Assembly (NCBI GenBank): GCA_965112735.1
Contig: OZ218954.1
Coordinates: forward strand, 4,317,695 to 4,381,694
Reading direction: 5' to 3'
DNA from: Phaeosaccion multiseriatum
Lineage: Eukaryota; Protista; Ochrophyta, other classes
Length of the DNA: 64,000 bases
Positions within the stretch are counted from its first letter, which is position 1. Every line of letters starts with the position of its first letter. Under the pieces are notes generated by a model. It had not been told where the DNA came from and ran no database searches. It saw only the letters and a list, made by a program, of their open reading frames with translations. The position numbers and the translations under genes are program-made. Of the stretch, positions 23,951 through 36,800 are shown one piece after another.

Positions 23951-26377
23951 ATGAAGATCTGTGCTGCGGCCCTCCTCGTGGGACTGCCACTCCTCGCGCA
24001 GGCCAGCTACTACGAGGGAAGCTCAGACGGCATATCTGGCCTCCCTCTTGAGCTTGAGGAGAGGGTGATCGAAGGTGATCGCCTCGCTCGCTCTCTCCAA
24101 GGAGCCTGGGAGGGTGCTTTTTGCTCGAGCGTGTGCACGACTGCCCAGCCGTGCTACGCGGATCCCACCTGCCTGGTCGGGGAAGAGTCTCTCGGCTGCA
24201 ATGCGGCTGGCGCGGGCCAAGCCTGCCGATGTAAGTGCGGGGGGCGCCAATGCTGATGCTGAAGAGGTTGCAGTGATGCTGCTGTGGTCGTGGCACCCAG
24301 CAGAATGTATCATAGCTCCTTACCCGTTCAGAAAGGCAGCCTTCTCGTTCATTCCATGTGCTCTTTACTTGAAGTGTACGGATGGAAGCGTGAACACCTG
24401 CTTCCATCTTCCCCCTCTCTGTTGCTATCTCTGCTCGCTCTTCTCTTACGAACCTCCCGCCCCCAAAAACAGTTTGCGAGTTTGGCAAGTTCGCCGACAT
24501 TGTCTGCGTGAAGCCGCAGCAGCAAGCCGACGACAGCACGGACAGTGGCGCTCCTACTGCTGGCACTACTGCTGCAAGTGCCGACCCCATCGCTACCCCC
24601 GGCACAGCAGCCCCCATCCCACAGCATGCATGGAGCTCTTATTACGGATATTGCGACCCGTCCTGTACGCATGAGGCCCCTTGTTTCGACGACACTGCGT
24701 GTTCGAGGGTGGATCTCGGCTTTCACCAGCCTGGCTTCGTTGTTAATACGAATGTGATTGGGGGTAACGTCGCTGGCTGTGGAGCGTTTGCCGACTACTC
24801 GTGCAGATGTACGTGCGGTTGGGCACATGTGGCTGCACACACTCATACACACACGCACACACACACACACCGACGTCTGTGAACTCAAGACGGACCGAGG
24901 GGGGAAGAGGGATGCACTGACTGATGATTCTCCACACTCCCTCCGACCCGTGACACGCCTGTAACATTGGCTGCTTCTTTGTGCGTGCTCCCTCGATATC
25001 ACAACACGGACAGCCTGCGCCATTGACACCGGCGTTGAGTGCGGATGCAACGGGGCGACGAAAGACGTGATTGCCAAGATCAACGCCGGTGGGCCCGACG
25101 GTTACAGAGCTGCCATGCGAGAGCGCGGGGACTACGCTGACTTTGTCGGAGCCACACAGTGGAAGTTTTCCACTCCGGAGGTGAGGTAGTGGGTAGGTGG
25201 GCGGCCGACCACCGCTCGAGGGGGCGTAAGTGAGAAGATATAGAACCTCCTCTCTCTCTCCAATGACTTATGACTGTCGTGGATGGAGGGATCTCCTCTC
25301 TTCCCGTTGCTTGCCTTGCTTCGCTCTCTACCGCGCCATGCCTCATATGCCATCCTCAGTCCGAATGGAGTAAAAAAGTGAAGGAATTGATTGATTTGAT
25401 TGAGTGCCGACCCGCCCCTACCCGACTGACCCGATGCTTCCCTGACCCATCCACATCCCTGACCTTTGCTTCTCCCCCTCCCCCCCTCCTTCCAACACCT
25501 CCCAACACTACTTTATGAACGCACAGGATCCCGGCCTCTCAGGCACTCAGCTCGTAGAGCTGTGCAAGACAGACCCAACTGGCGTTGTCAACTTTTTTGC
25601 CTTCACAGACACGCCCTCGTGGTCTCCCCGTTACGATGCCAACGCAGCCACCGGCACCGCGGAAGCCGTGTGCATGAAAGGAATGGACGGAGGTGTGGGT
25701 CCGCTCGGGGCAGGCTTCATGGGGGTGTGGTTCGAAGAGCCTGCCGGCGTCCAAACCAACAGCCAGGTTGGTGTTGTTGGTGGCGTTGGTAATATACACA
25801 CTTCTAGTCCACGCGGCTCGAAAGGTTCTGTCTGTCCGAAGTCTCAAGCACACTGTGTGCTCAGTGAACGGATCATATTGATGTTCTTGAGGAGCGATGC
25901 CTGACCTCCTCCCATCTGCCCACCATGACCCGCCCCGCCTCTGCCTGCCCTTCTCTACACATGTTTTACCTCGCTCGGCAGTGCGGCGTCGCCAGCGTAA
26001 CTTGTGACGACATCAGAATGCCCAATGTGCTGACGGATTACAACTGGGCCACCGAGCTCAGCCAAACCTCCCCCGGAACTGTGACCCAGGAGAGCTCGAC
26101 GGGCCTGTGGCTGAGCTACGCTGCCAATTTCTTCCGTGGGGTTGGGTTTGAGAATGTGCGGCCGAACAGCCTGGCGAATTACAGTTTCTCCGTCATCAAG
26201 AAGGGCACGTGCTTGCTTGCGGATGGCAGGAAGGTTGCCTTCGAGTTCGTCAAAGATGGCTGTGACGTTGAGTACCAGCAGCGGTATGAGGGGAGGGGCT
26301 CCCAGGACGATCCCGAAAACCCCCTGTGCATCCCCGGCACCGATGAAATCTTGCCTTACACCGTCAAGTTTATCTAA
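23951..26377 (+). CDS. Secreted protein with two Cys-rich repeats and an uncharacterised C-terminal domain (5 exons)
   Basis: Signal peptide MKICAAALLVGLPLLAQA. Repeats CSSVCTTAQPCYADPTC..LGCNAAGAGQACRFC and CDPSCTHEAPCFDDTAC..AGCGAFADYSCRSC. GT-AG exons at ~23951-24230, 24473-24808, 25014-25180, 25527-25767 and 25982-26377. Confidence 0.75.
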
Positions 26378-27009
26378 GCCCGTCTCCCCCCACAGGCAGG
26401 CATATGGGCAGGCAGGGTGGGGAGCGGCGTCGGAAACACCTCTGTTGGGAGTACAGTTGGTGGTACTACAGTTGGTGATACAGTCAATCACATGCAATAC
26501 AATAGAGGCGGCAGTAAACTTTTCTATAAATTAAAATTAATTATGAACTCACTCGACTCTGAAGAGTATGGGGGAGGGGCGGAGGGGTAGAGGGGAGGGG
26601 AGGAGAGGGGAGGGGAGGGGCCGACGGGCACCAGGCAGGAGTGCCTCACCAGGAGCGTCGAGTGGCCTCACTGATGCGACACAGTGCGAGACAACCGAGC
26701 AGAGAGCCAAGTGAGGCAGTGAGGCTATGCCAAGTGATGCTGTTTGGGCTTTTTGGGCGGCACCCAATCTCACAGCCCTGAAAGTATGTCAACAATCCAG
26801 GGGGGGGCAATCCGATATCCCCTCTCGCCTCATTCCCTCATTGTTTTACGCCTACCCTTCCCCCTTAATTATTTAGCCTGCTCAGACACAAAGGTAAGGT
26901 CCCGCTACCGCACAAGTCCCGAAGAAGCGTTGAGGGAAGTCCTTTGTGTGATGGTGCCACTGCTGCTGCTGTTGAGGCTGCTTCAGCGTGGCTGACGAAA
27001 GTGAAGGAC

Positions 27010-29863
27010 ATGAGGCAAGGCGAGGGAGGGAGGCGGCGCGGCCTCTTTCCAAAGGCAGCGGCAGCGGCGGCGTTTACCCTGTTGGGCGTCACAGTATGCC
27101 CTTCGATCAGCGTCAAGGCCCTCCGGGTACACCCGCAGGTAACCCCGGGATGGAGCAGTGGCAGCAGCAGCGGCAGCGGCAGAAAGAGGAGCATTTTAGA
27201 GATGACTGGAGGCGTCAGCTCACCAAGCCGCAGCAGCCGCCGCAGCACAGGTGCAGGCAGAAGAACACTAGTGGGAGGTCGTAGGCCACCAATGGGAGGA
27301 GTAGGGCGGGGCTGGGGCATGAGCGGTAGGCACCCGGTGGTGTCGAGACGGACTCTGGTCTGTCATGAAGCGAGGCCGCAGCAAAACGAACAAGGCGCAG
27401 AGGAGCCCGGGGGCAGCGACGGGGGCGGGGGGGGCGCAGGGGCGTCTTCCAATAGCAGCAAACCAGCGGCAAGGAAGCCGCCCGGCCGCCGCGCCAAAGG
27501 CAAAGAGAGGACCAACACTTTGAGCGACAAGCAGAGCGAAGACATCAACCGATTGATGGACAACCGTTTCCGCTCCAACCGAAGGAGGCCCATGGCCGAG
27601 AAGAAGCGAGAGGAGGGGGAGGGAGAGGGGAATTGGGAGCTGGCAGCAGTGGCAGTAGCGGCGGTGTCGGCAACCCCTGCCAGCGGCGGGGACATACCAG
27701 AGGAAGACTTGGACTTTGCCGACGATATGACTGCCGCCTTTGCTGCTGCCGGCGTTGCGGCCGCCGCGGGGAGTGTCGAGGCGGTGACGGCACGTCAAGC
27801 AGGTGCGGCCCGCACTCGATGGCAGTAGATGGGAGGTCTTGGCTGTGTCTCTGTGGCGAGGGAAGGGGATCGGACCAAGCTGCTACCGCTATTCCGACGC
27901 CCCCTCCCTTACCCCACGCCATGACTAATGTCACATTACCCCCACCTCGCCGCTCTCCCCCCTCTTCCTCTCCCGTGCCCCCCCCTTAGCCAACGCAGTC
28001 GCTCCCGCTGTCGTGCCCCCCCCGTCTGCGTGGCATGAGGCGATCAGTTACTTCGAGGACATCCAGGCCCTCGGTATGGAGCCCAACAAGGCCGCTTACG
28101 CCGCTGCGATGAGGGCGTGTGCCTCTGCGGCGGACTGGTGCAAGGCCCTAACGCTGTTCGACAACTACCTCAAGGCGGGCTTCGAGCTGGAAGGTGGGTA
28201 GGCCAGAGCAGAGGCGTATGGGCAGGCAGGGCAAGGCTTATATTGAGAGCTCTCTCCCCTCCCCACTCAGATGCTCTCTCACCTCCTTTATCGATATCGA
28301 TGTTTTATATCGATGGAACTATAGCTGCTCTCTCACCTCCTTTATCGATATCGATGTTTTATATCGATGGAACCATAGCTGCTCTCTCACCTCCTTTATC
28401 GATATCGATGTTTTATATCGATGGAACCATAGCTGCTCTCTCACCTCCTCGTGCTCAGCTCTGCTCTGCTGTGTTCTGACCAACTGCATTTCTCTGGGCT
28501 GTATCACCAACTGCGCTGCTCTGCTGTGCTCTTTAGGCATCATCGTGACGGCGGCGGTGGTTGCGTGCTGCAGGGCAGGGAAGGCGGACGAGGCCGTCAA
28601 CATCATCTCACAAGCCGACGACAGGGGACTGCAGGTGCGCCACACGTCACCACACGTCTCTAAACCCCTTTGTACCCCATACCCCATACCCCATACCCCA
28701 TACCCCATACCCCATACCCCATACCCCATACCCCATACCCCATACCCCATACCCCATACCCCATACCCCATACCCCATACCCCATACCCCATACCCCATA
28801 CCCCATACCCCATACCCCATACCCCATACCCCATACCCCATACCCCATACCCCATACCCCATACCCCATACCCCATACCCCATACCCCATACCCCATACC
28901 CCATACCCCATACCCAATACCCCATACCCCATACCCCATACCCAATACCCCATACCCAATACCCCATACCCCATACCCCATACCCCATACCCCATACCCA
29001 ATACCCCATACCCCATACCCCATACCCAATACCCCATACCCCATACCCCCCCAAACCCCACCCTTCAGGTGCCGTCCCTGCTGTACAACCGAGTCATGGA
29101 CGCCTTCCACGCTGTGGGGGACATCGACGGGCTGTACCTGCTGGCCCTGTCCATGAAGGACAAGGGGCTTCTGCTCGACGCAGCGGGCTGGAACCACCTC
29201 GTCACCTGCTTCATCAGCAAGGGCGATTGGGTCAAGGCCACGAGCACACTCGTCGAGGTGAGGCAGGGAGGGAGGGAGGATGGCAGTGGACGGGGAGGGA
29301 GGGAGGATGGCAGTGGACGGGGAGGGAAGGGGTAGCCCAACGTCCTCCTGCCATTGATCAATACCTACGGAACGAGCTGCCTTGCCGTCTTGGCCTCCTG
29401 TATCAGCTTTTTGGCCCCCTGACATGTGCCCCACTGCTCGAATGACTCTTGCTCCTGGTACTGACTGCTGTATCACGAACTGTTGTGCCTGTGGCTGCTA
29501 TACCACCAACTGCTGTGCCTGTGTCTGCAGGTGGGCAACGCGGGGTACCACCACAGCTCCCGCACGGCTCGGGGCTGGCGAGTGCTCAAGGAGGCTGAGG
29601 TAGAGCTCGGCACGTACACAGCAGTTGGTGGTACACCAGGGGGGGAGGAGTATCTGCAGCGACAGGAGGATGGCGAGATTGCTGTGCCACCAGCAGGGGC
29701 AGCAGCAGCAGGGGCAGCAGCAGCACTTGGGTATCCCGCAGCAGCATCGGCGGCGGCGGCGGCGGCGGCAGCAGCAGCAGCAGCGATAGCAGCACGAGCG
29801 CAAGAGAGGGACGAAGAAGACAGAGACAGTGCTCCCATTGACATAGGTGATCCCTTCGGTTGA
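27010..29863 (+). CDS. Pentatricopeptide-repeat (PPR) protein, probably organelle-targeted
   Basis: PPR motifs over spliced exons: AISYFEDIQALGMEPNKAAYAAAMRACA, VTAAVVACCRAGKADEAVNII, LYNRVMDAF..GD, GWNHLVTCFISKGDWVKA. Hydrophobic then Ser/Arg-rich N-terminus. Confidence 0.85.
28273..28448. repeat. Intronic 54-bp tandem repeat (~3 copies)
   Basis: GCTCTCTCACCTCCTTTATCGATATCGATGTTTTATATCGATGGAAC(C/T)ATAGCT repeated. Confidence 0.9.
28673..29048. repeat. Intronic 7-bp satellite (TACCCCA)n
   Basis: About 53 units with occasional TACCCAA variants. Confidence 0.95.
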
Positions 29864-30174
29864 CAGTCCTCCCATGCGGGCCCCCTTCGGTTAGTTGCTA
29901 GCCCTAAGTTAGTTTTGCCCATGTGTACGAGTGGCGAGGGTCTTTCTCGAATGTAAAAAGACGTGTGTTGACACTTGGTGCCTAGCATTGAATACGTCGT
30001 GCCATTCCCTTTTGTGATTTGAAGCCCCCTAAGAAAGACCTGCTTAGGGTTAGGCCGGGCATGGCACTTTCAGGCATGGCGCTGACCTGACCCTAAGGCA
30101 TGAAGATGAAGGCATGGCACTAGCGGCGGCCCCAGTCCTCCACTCCACTCCACTCCTACTTGAGAGGTTGAGCG

Positions 30175-31055
30175 CTATACGCTGGGCAGGGGGGGAAGCT
30201 TGTAATCGCGAGAGGGCGGCCTCGGCGCCTTCTTGCGCACCGTCATGTACCCGGTCTTCTTCACGTCAAGGTTGCCCCTGGCGTACAGCAGGCCGGGGGG
30301 GGTGGGCCACATCCTTGCGATCCATGACAGCTTGGCGCTCCACGAGTACAGCTGCTCCTCCTCCTCAGAGGCGAAGCGGAGGTGCCCAGACCTGCTCCTG
30401 AGCAGCGTGGGAGAGTCCTTGTCGCTGATGTCCTTCATGGCCATCTGAAAGTCACGCCGCTTAGGCGACTGGGGAGAGGGAGAGGAGGAGGAGTGGACAG
30501 GGGGATGGCAGCAAACGGAACGGGAAAAAAAAAGAGAGGAGTTGAAGAGACAGACTGTACGCTGACAGTCGAAATACTGTCAAAAGGGCTCGGCGGTTTT
30601 GATCGAGACCACCGCGAGACCTGCGCATTGCTTTCCACCCACGCACACGCTCGCACGCACGTCCACGGACCTTCTTGGCTGTCTTGAGGTTTATGGCGTA
30701 CGCCTTCCTCTTGGCCTCGCGGCCGTCTCGCAGCTTAATGTAGTCACGCAGCTCGCGGTCGGGGTGGTCCATTTTTTCGTACTGTGGGGGGAATGGACGG
30801 CAGCAGACGGGAGGGGAGATAAATGGCACAGGCACAGTCAGTGCAGCCGTAACCCTGAAGTGCAGTTGTGCAGCGAACAAGGCGCTTGGCCCTGTCGTGT
30901 GGCCCTGCCCTGCCCTGCTCCAAGCGGGGTGGTTGGGTGGTTCGCTTAGCAGCTGGTGGTGTGGCCTCCATGTGTTGTGAGGCCCGTGTGTGTGTGGTGC
31001 CTTCCAGCGGCACGGTGCGTGGAATACTCAGCTCTGCCGCCTGCCCATATGCCTT

Positions 31056-31121
<66 letters not shown>

Positions 31122-32132
31122 GGTTTGTCCCTATGCCTCTCTCCCAGCCTCCTTGTCGCCCTCCACTGCCATCCCCGCCTCCCCCATCCACTGCCCTCAA
31201 TGCCCCACCTTTGTCTTGCGTGCGTCGACGAAGTCCTTGTCCATCTCGTTGCCCTTCATGTCCTCATCCGCGAACATGAAACCGTACTTCTTATGGACGG
31301 GCTCCGGTACGTCGATGGGGTGCTTCGGAGCCTCCAGGCCGGGGTAGTCTTCCTCGCACTGGGGCGTGTTGGCGTGTTGGTCACACAGGTGTCACACAGG
31401 TGGGGGACAGGGGGAGGGGGAGACGGGGGAGGGAGGAGAGGACGAGGGAGCGTGGGAAGAGGCGGGAGTCAATCACAAGAAAAGGAGGAGGGCGTGAATC
31501 AAAGGCAAGACAAGGGAGGGCTGCACTCACTACGGACAAGCGGAGCGGAGTGTCGGGCTTTCTTTCTTCCTTCCTTCCTTCCATCCTTCCTTCCTTTGCT
31601 CTGCCGAAGACCTGGCTTTGCAAGCTCCCCTCCCCCCCTCCCCCTGCAAGCCCTCCACTCACCTCTTCGATGAACTTCTGCTCGTAGAAAGAGTCAAGGT
31701 CTTTGTAGAGCACCCTTTGTGTTTCCCCACGCTGTGGCGTCACAAATAACACGAGCACGAGGAACACGACGGGATGGCAGCAGAGGGCCGAGGCCACAGT
31801 GGGGGGGGAGGGGGGAAGGAGAGCGCGTGTGATAAGTAGAAAGAGAGGAGGGCGAGGGAAGCGCGTGATGAGTCGGCCCTCCAAGCCATCCATGCACACA
31901 CACACATGCACTCTCACATCCACACATATGTATGCACACGCACACACACGCACACACGCACACACGCACGCAAACACACATACACAAACGGACACACATG
32001 CGCGCGCACACACACGCACGCACGCATATTCACATCCACATCCACACACACGTACACGCAAGCCACAAACATAGGCGCGCGCGCACACACATACACACAC
32101 GCAAACACACACACACACATGCAAACACACAT

Positions 32133-32179
<47 letters not shown>

Positions 32180-33710
32180 CACGCACTCACCGCGTCCTCG
32201 AGCTGCAGGGGCTGTGCTTCGAACTTCTTCTGAGCCTCAAGCCGCTCCTCCCAAGTCATGGCCTGCGGCAGGTGGCAGCACACGGCATCACAAATGGCAC
32301 AAGACAGGCACACATCGGCGGGGACAGGAGACAGGGCGGCTGAGGGGCACACACACGCACATACGCGCGCAATGGCGGCCTGAGGATGCCCGTCTCTCGC
32401 TCTGTCTCTCTGTTTCCCCTCTACCTCTCTCTCTACCACTCCACTCTGTGCCCCTCACCTTGGACTTTTCAAGCTCTCCCATCATGTCTGCAGGGAAGCC
32501 CATCATCTCTCTGAGGTTGTGTTTCCGCGTCCTGAGTTCGCTCTCCCACACCTTCTGCGACAGGGGACGGGTGCGTCCCCAGTACTCGTCCTCCGCGTCG
32601 AACTGCAGCAGGCGGATGAAGCCGGCCACCTGGGAGGGAGGGGCAGGCATATGGGCAGGCAGGGAAGAGACACAAAGCGTGACGTCATGATGGGCACTTC
32701 TGTCCACCCCCTCGGTGTCTGCAGACACGCACGCACTCACGTGTTTCTTGTGCACCTTGTACCGCTGCGAGAGGCGGGCGAGAGAGTTGCGCACAGGGTC
32801 CTGCGTCCACAGCTTGAACATTTCCCGCCGCGTCTCGTGGGGCACGGACCTGCGTGAGAGAGAGAGAGAGAGAGGAAAGAGAGATATTGAGAGAGGAAGA
32901 TGGACAGAGACAGGAGAGAGCGAGAGAGACAGAAAAGAGAGAGAGGGACAAGCAGTACGCCTTCCACCGAATGACGGCCAGCCTCCCTTCCACGGAAGGA
33001 TGGCTGGCTGGCTGTAGCAGCTGCCCGCCCTACCTGGTGAGGTACTCCCTGGGCGGCTTGTCGAGGTAGTCGTCAAACACGACGCCCTCGAGGTCCTCGT
33101 CGGGGTCGTCTCTGTTCCACTTCTCGTTCATCCTGGCATTCCTGCAGTGCGTCACGAGGCAGGATCTCTCTCTTTAGTCAAATGGGCGTCAAATGGGCAA
33201 AGAGAAACATTCAAGCAACACCCAGCTCTACATCAAAAGGATTGGGACCAGGTCTGAAAGGAGTCCCTCGCCGGCACTGGCTCCCTGTCAGGCTGCAAGG
33301 ACGATACCTGTTGTAGAAGGTTGGCTCGTTCTTGGCGTATTTGCCCCGCTTCTTGCCAAACTGCGCCCGAAAGCTCACCGAGCGCCACTGCTGCTGGTGT
33401 GGACACTGGAGACGGGCCGATGGGGTGAGGATGAAACACAGGGCATCAGAAGAAACAAACGCACAGAGAGAGGGACAGACAGTTAGATAGGGAGACAGCG
33501 ACGGAGGAGATGGATAGACAGGTATACGAAGGAATATAAGGCTGAGCCCACCCCCCTTCACCTCTCTGCCAGCGCCCGAACACTCACCCCACTTGGGTGC
33601 AAAGAACCACCGGCATCGCTGCCACTGTTTGCGCCCACCCACGCTGTGATCGACCTTCTGCCCCCCCTACTTCTGCGGCACAGAGAAGACACAGCTGAGG
33701 CTGCCGCCAT
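30175..33710 (-). CDS. Probable mitochondrial small-subunit ribosomal protein mS45 (Bot1/yeast Mrps35-like), ~10 exons
   Basis: Presequence-like MAAASAVSSLCRRSRGGRR. Exon VPHETRREMFKLWTQDPVRNSLARLSQRYKVHKKH|VAGFIRL resembles the Bot1p helix-turn-helix. C-terminal DISDKDSPTLLRSRSGHLRFASEEE. Family assigned from recalled motifs only. Confidence 0.55.
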
Positions 33711-33847
33711 GGTCTCGGCAGACAGCACAGCAGTGAGGGGGAAGAGGGAGAAATATGGGAGGAGCATATGGGCCAGATGTCGATCTCGATTTCGCTGTTA
33801 CAGAAAAGTCTCTTTGGGAATGAGGGAGGGAGTTCTAAAAAAATAAT

Positions 33848-36800
33848 ATGGAGAAAGAAGGTGTAGCACAGATATCGGCGGCAGATACTGCTGGAGATGA
33901 TGACAAGGCCAACCAGAGGGGTGAGGTTGGCGAGCCGCTGCTGCCAGTCGCCCAGGAAGATGGTCTGTCTCCCGTGGAGGGCGGTGGTGGGGAGGGCGCA
34001 ACGCACCCAGCACAACAACAAGAAGGAGTCTCCGGTGAGGCCACGTTAATACCAGTGCAGCGACGGCCTTCTTCTGCTAGTACCGGGCAGCCTGAGGAGG
34101 GCGAAACAAAGGACTCGGAGGACGTGAAGATGGAAGCGGCTGGGGATGGCGATGCCCACGGCGTGAGCGGGCGAGGAGAAGAGAGTCGTCCTGTGGCATC
34201 ACCTGACGAAATCAGGCCGCCCAAGGAGGAGAGTAAGGATGGGTCTGAGGATCAATTGCTGCTACAGCAGGCTCCGCGGCTTCTGTCCCCCACCAGCAGT
34301 CGCAATGACTCGCCGAAGAGCGGCAGCAAAGCACGGGCACTGCCAGTTCCCAACAAGGACAAGAAGGAGGCACGAAGCCGCGACGGGTGTCGCTCTCCTC
34401 CTCCGACTCGGTCTCTGCTCGTGTCGGTGGATGGAGATGGCGTCGATGGCTTTGAAGGTTGGCGCAGCGAAGAGGAGGATGGGCGCCTCAGCCCGATTGC
34501 GAGAGCCGCCAAAGTCGGTAAGTGGGCAAGGGCAGCCAAGCAAGGGAGACTTTTTCGTCGTTTGTGTTGTTGCCACCCTCTCGACTCGCATGCCTTGGCT
34601 TGGCACGTCTCCGCCTGGCTCTGGTCTGGAGGAAGGAAGGAGGGGCGGCTGTACGGCCCAGCCGCTGACAGGGAGAGGCATAGGCTAGAGTCCACTGGTT
34701 AGCAGGGCTGCTGTCCTCTGATCAACTCTGACACCCCCCCCTGCCGTGCGTGGCTTCCCTGCCCCACCCCCCACCACAGACTATCTGGAGGCCTCACAGC
34801 TGTCCACCTCGGCCATGCAGAGGGCGGCGGAGGAGGTGGAGAGGGAGGCTTTCCGAGCGGAGGCGGACGCGCAGGTGGCGCTGCTCACGGCCAGGAGTGA
34901 GGTAGGGAGGGTTGCAGTGGGATGGGGTGGCCGCTAGAGCGTGCCTGTCTCTTCCCTCTTGCTCGACCCTGCCTGTGTGCTCGCAAGTATGTGCCCCCTC
35001 CCCCATCCTCTCCCCTGACTGCGTCTGTGTGCGTACCGTACCGTACCGTACCGTACCGTACCGTACCGCAGGTGGAGGGCGAGAATACGGCGGACGGGCT
35101 CCGTAAAGCTGCGCAGCTGCAAACCGATGAGATGAGGCTGCTCAGGGAGGCGGCGAAGGAAGCAAGGGACGAACTGGAGGCGCACTTGAGAGCCGCTGCT
35201 GCAGAGACGGGTCAGGAGACGAGGGACGCCTTGGGGTGAGTATCGACACCGGAGAGGAGAGGGAGGACGCCAGGCACATGCATGTTGGGGCGAGTCGTAG
35301 GGTCTTCGGGTCTTCGGGTCGTTGGGTCTTCGGATCTTAGGGTCGTAGGGTCTTAGGGTCACGGTTAGGTTTGGCAGTAGAGGCGAGGGACGCTCGACAA
35401 AAGTGGTTGTGCATCCTGCTCTCTTCAGCGCCCCTCCCCACTCATAGCTGCTCTTCCCCCCCCCCGACCACCACTTTGTTCCAAGCGGATCTGACTGCTC
35501 ACCCACTGTCTCGCTCGCTCCTTTCGTGCAGTGAGGCGGGCGCTGAAGAGTTTAACAGGAGTGGGACGATCGAAAGGGCGAGTCTGGCCCTGCGACTGAG
35601 GGCAGAGAAGCGCAGGAAGGAGGAGGAAAGGAGGCGGCGCAGAGAAAGGGGGGGGCAAGGCAAAGTGCGGCTGAGCAACATTCCCCGGGGGGAGCGGACA
35701 GAGGTAAGAGACCACCCGTGGGGGGAAGGGCGGAGCTGCGCACAGAGCCTGCGTATGCGCAGCAGGCTTCTCCCCCCAAACCGAAGGGGCTCGCACTCTA
35801 CACCGCTCTATACACTCGCACATGTTGCTGCGAGACAGGCGCAGGGTGCAGAAGGCTTTAGAGGCGTCTGTGCGCCCTTCCCCCTGAGCCTGAGCCTGCG
35901 ACCACGCTTCTCTCCCTCTCCTACCTCCCCTCTCCCCCCCCGCCTGCCTTTTGCCGGCAGCTGGGCCTGCGCACGACGGACTCTGTGGCGAGGAAGCTTG
36001 AACTCAGCGGGGCACAGCGCATCCTCCTGCAGCGCTCAAGGGTGAGAAGACATGGACCGCCAGGGGGCGAGGCAAGCGAAAGCCGGCTGAGCGGGGTGGC
36101 ACGAAGGAACGCCCTTTTGTTCTTTGGTGATGCAGTGCAATGCCCTTTTGTTCTTTGACCTTTCATTTGTTCTTCGGTGATGCAGTGCAAGCAGGGCGGC
36201 TCGTCGGATACCCCTCGCTGCTCTCTGTCTCTTGGCGCTGCTTTATCGTCTCTCCTTGCGCGTGTTGTACCGCCTCTCCTTCCGACTGCTGTTTTGCCTG
36301 TCCTGCACGTGTGCGTCTATCTCTAACCCTCACCCTGACCCAAGCAGACGCTGCGGCAGCAAGAGAAGGAGCGTCTGCGCCTCACCAAGGAGCGCATGGC
36401 CCGCCTCGCGCAGCCCAAGGGGGGCACACCCGACATGCTGTACGTCGACCCGGAGTCCGAGAGGCACGCGCAGATGTTGCTGCGCACCTTGGGAGGCCGA
36501 GAGGTGCGTGGGCCTGGCGATCGGGAGAAGCAAGGATAGCAGTGGAGGGATCGGGAGAAGCAAGGATGGCAGTGGAGGGATCGGGAGAAGCAAGGATGGC
36601 AGTGGAGGGATCCGGAGAAGCAAGGATGGCAGTGGAGGGATCGGGAGAAGCAAGGATGGCAGTGGAGGGATCGGGAGGAGGAAGGATGGCAGTGGAGGGA
36701 TCGGGAGAAGCAAGGATGGCAGTGGAGGAATTAGGCACCATGGGTCGTGCTGCTGGCCATGTTGAGGTGGCGAGGCGGTGCCCCTCAGCTGGAGAGGAGG

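Noticed and set aside
28194-29476. Long PYPIPHT/GMGYGVW repeat ORFs
   Set aside because: Translations of an intronic 7-bp satellite in the PPR gene.
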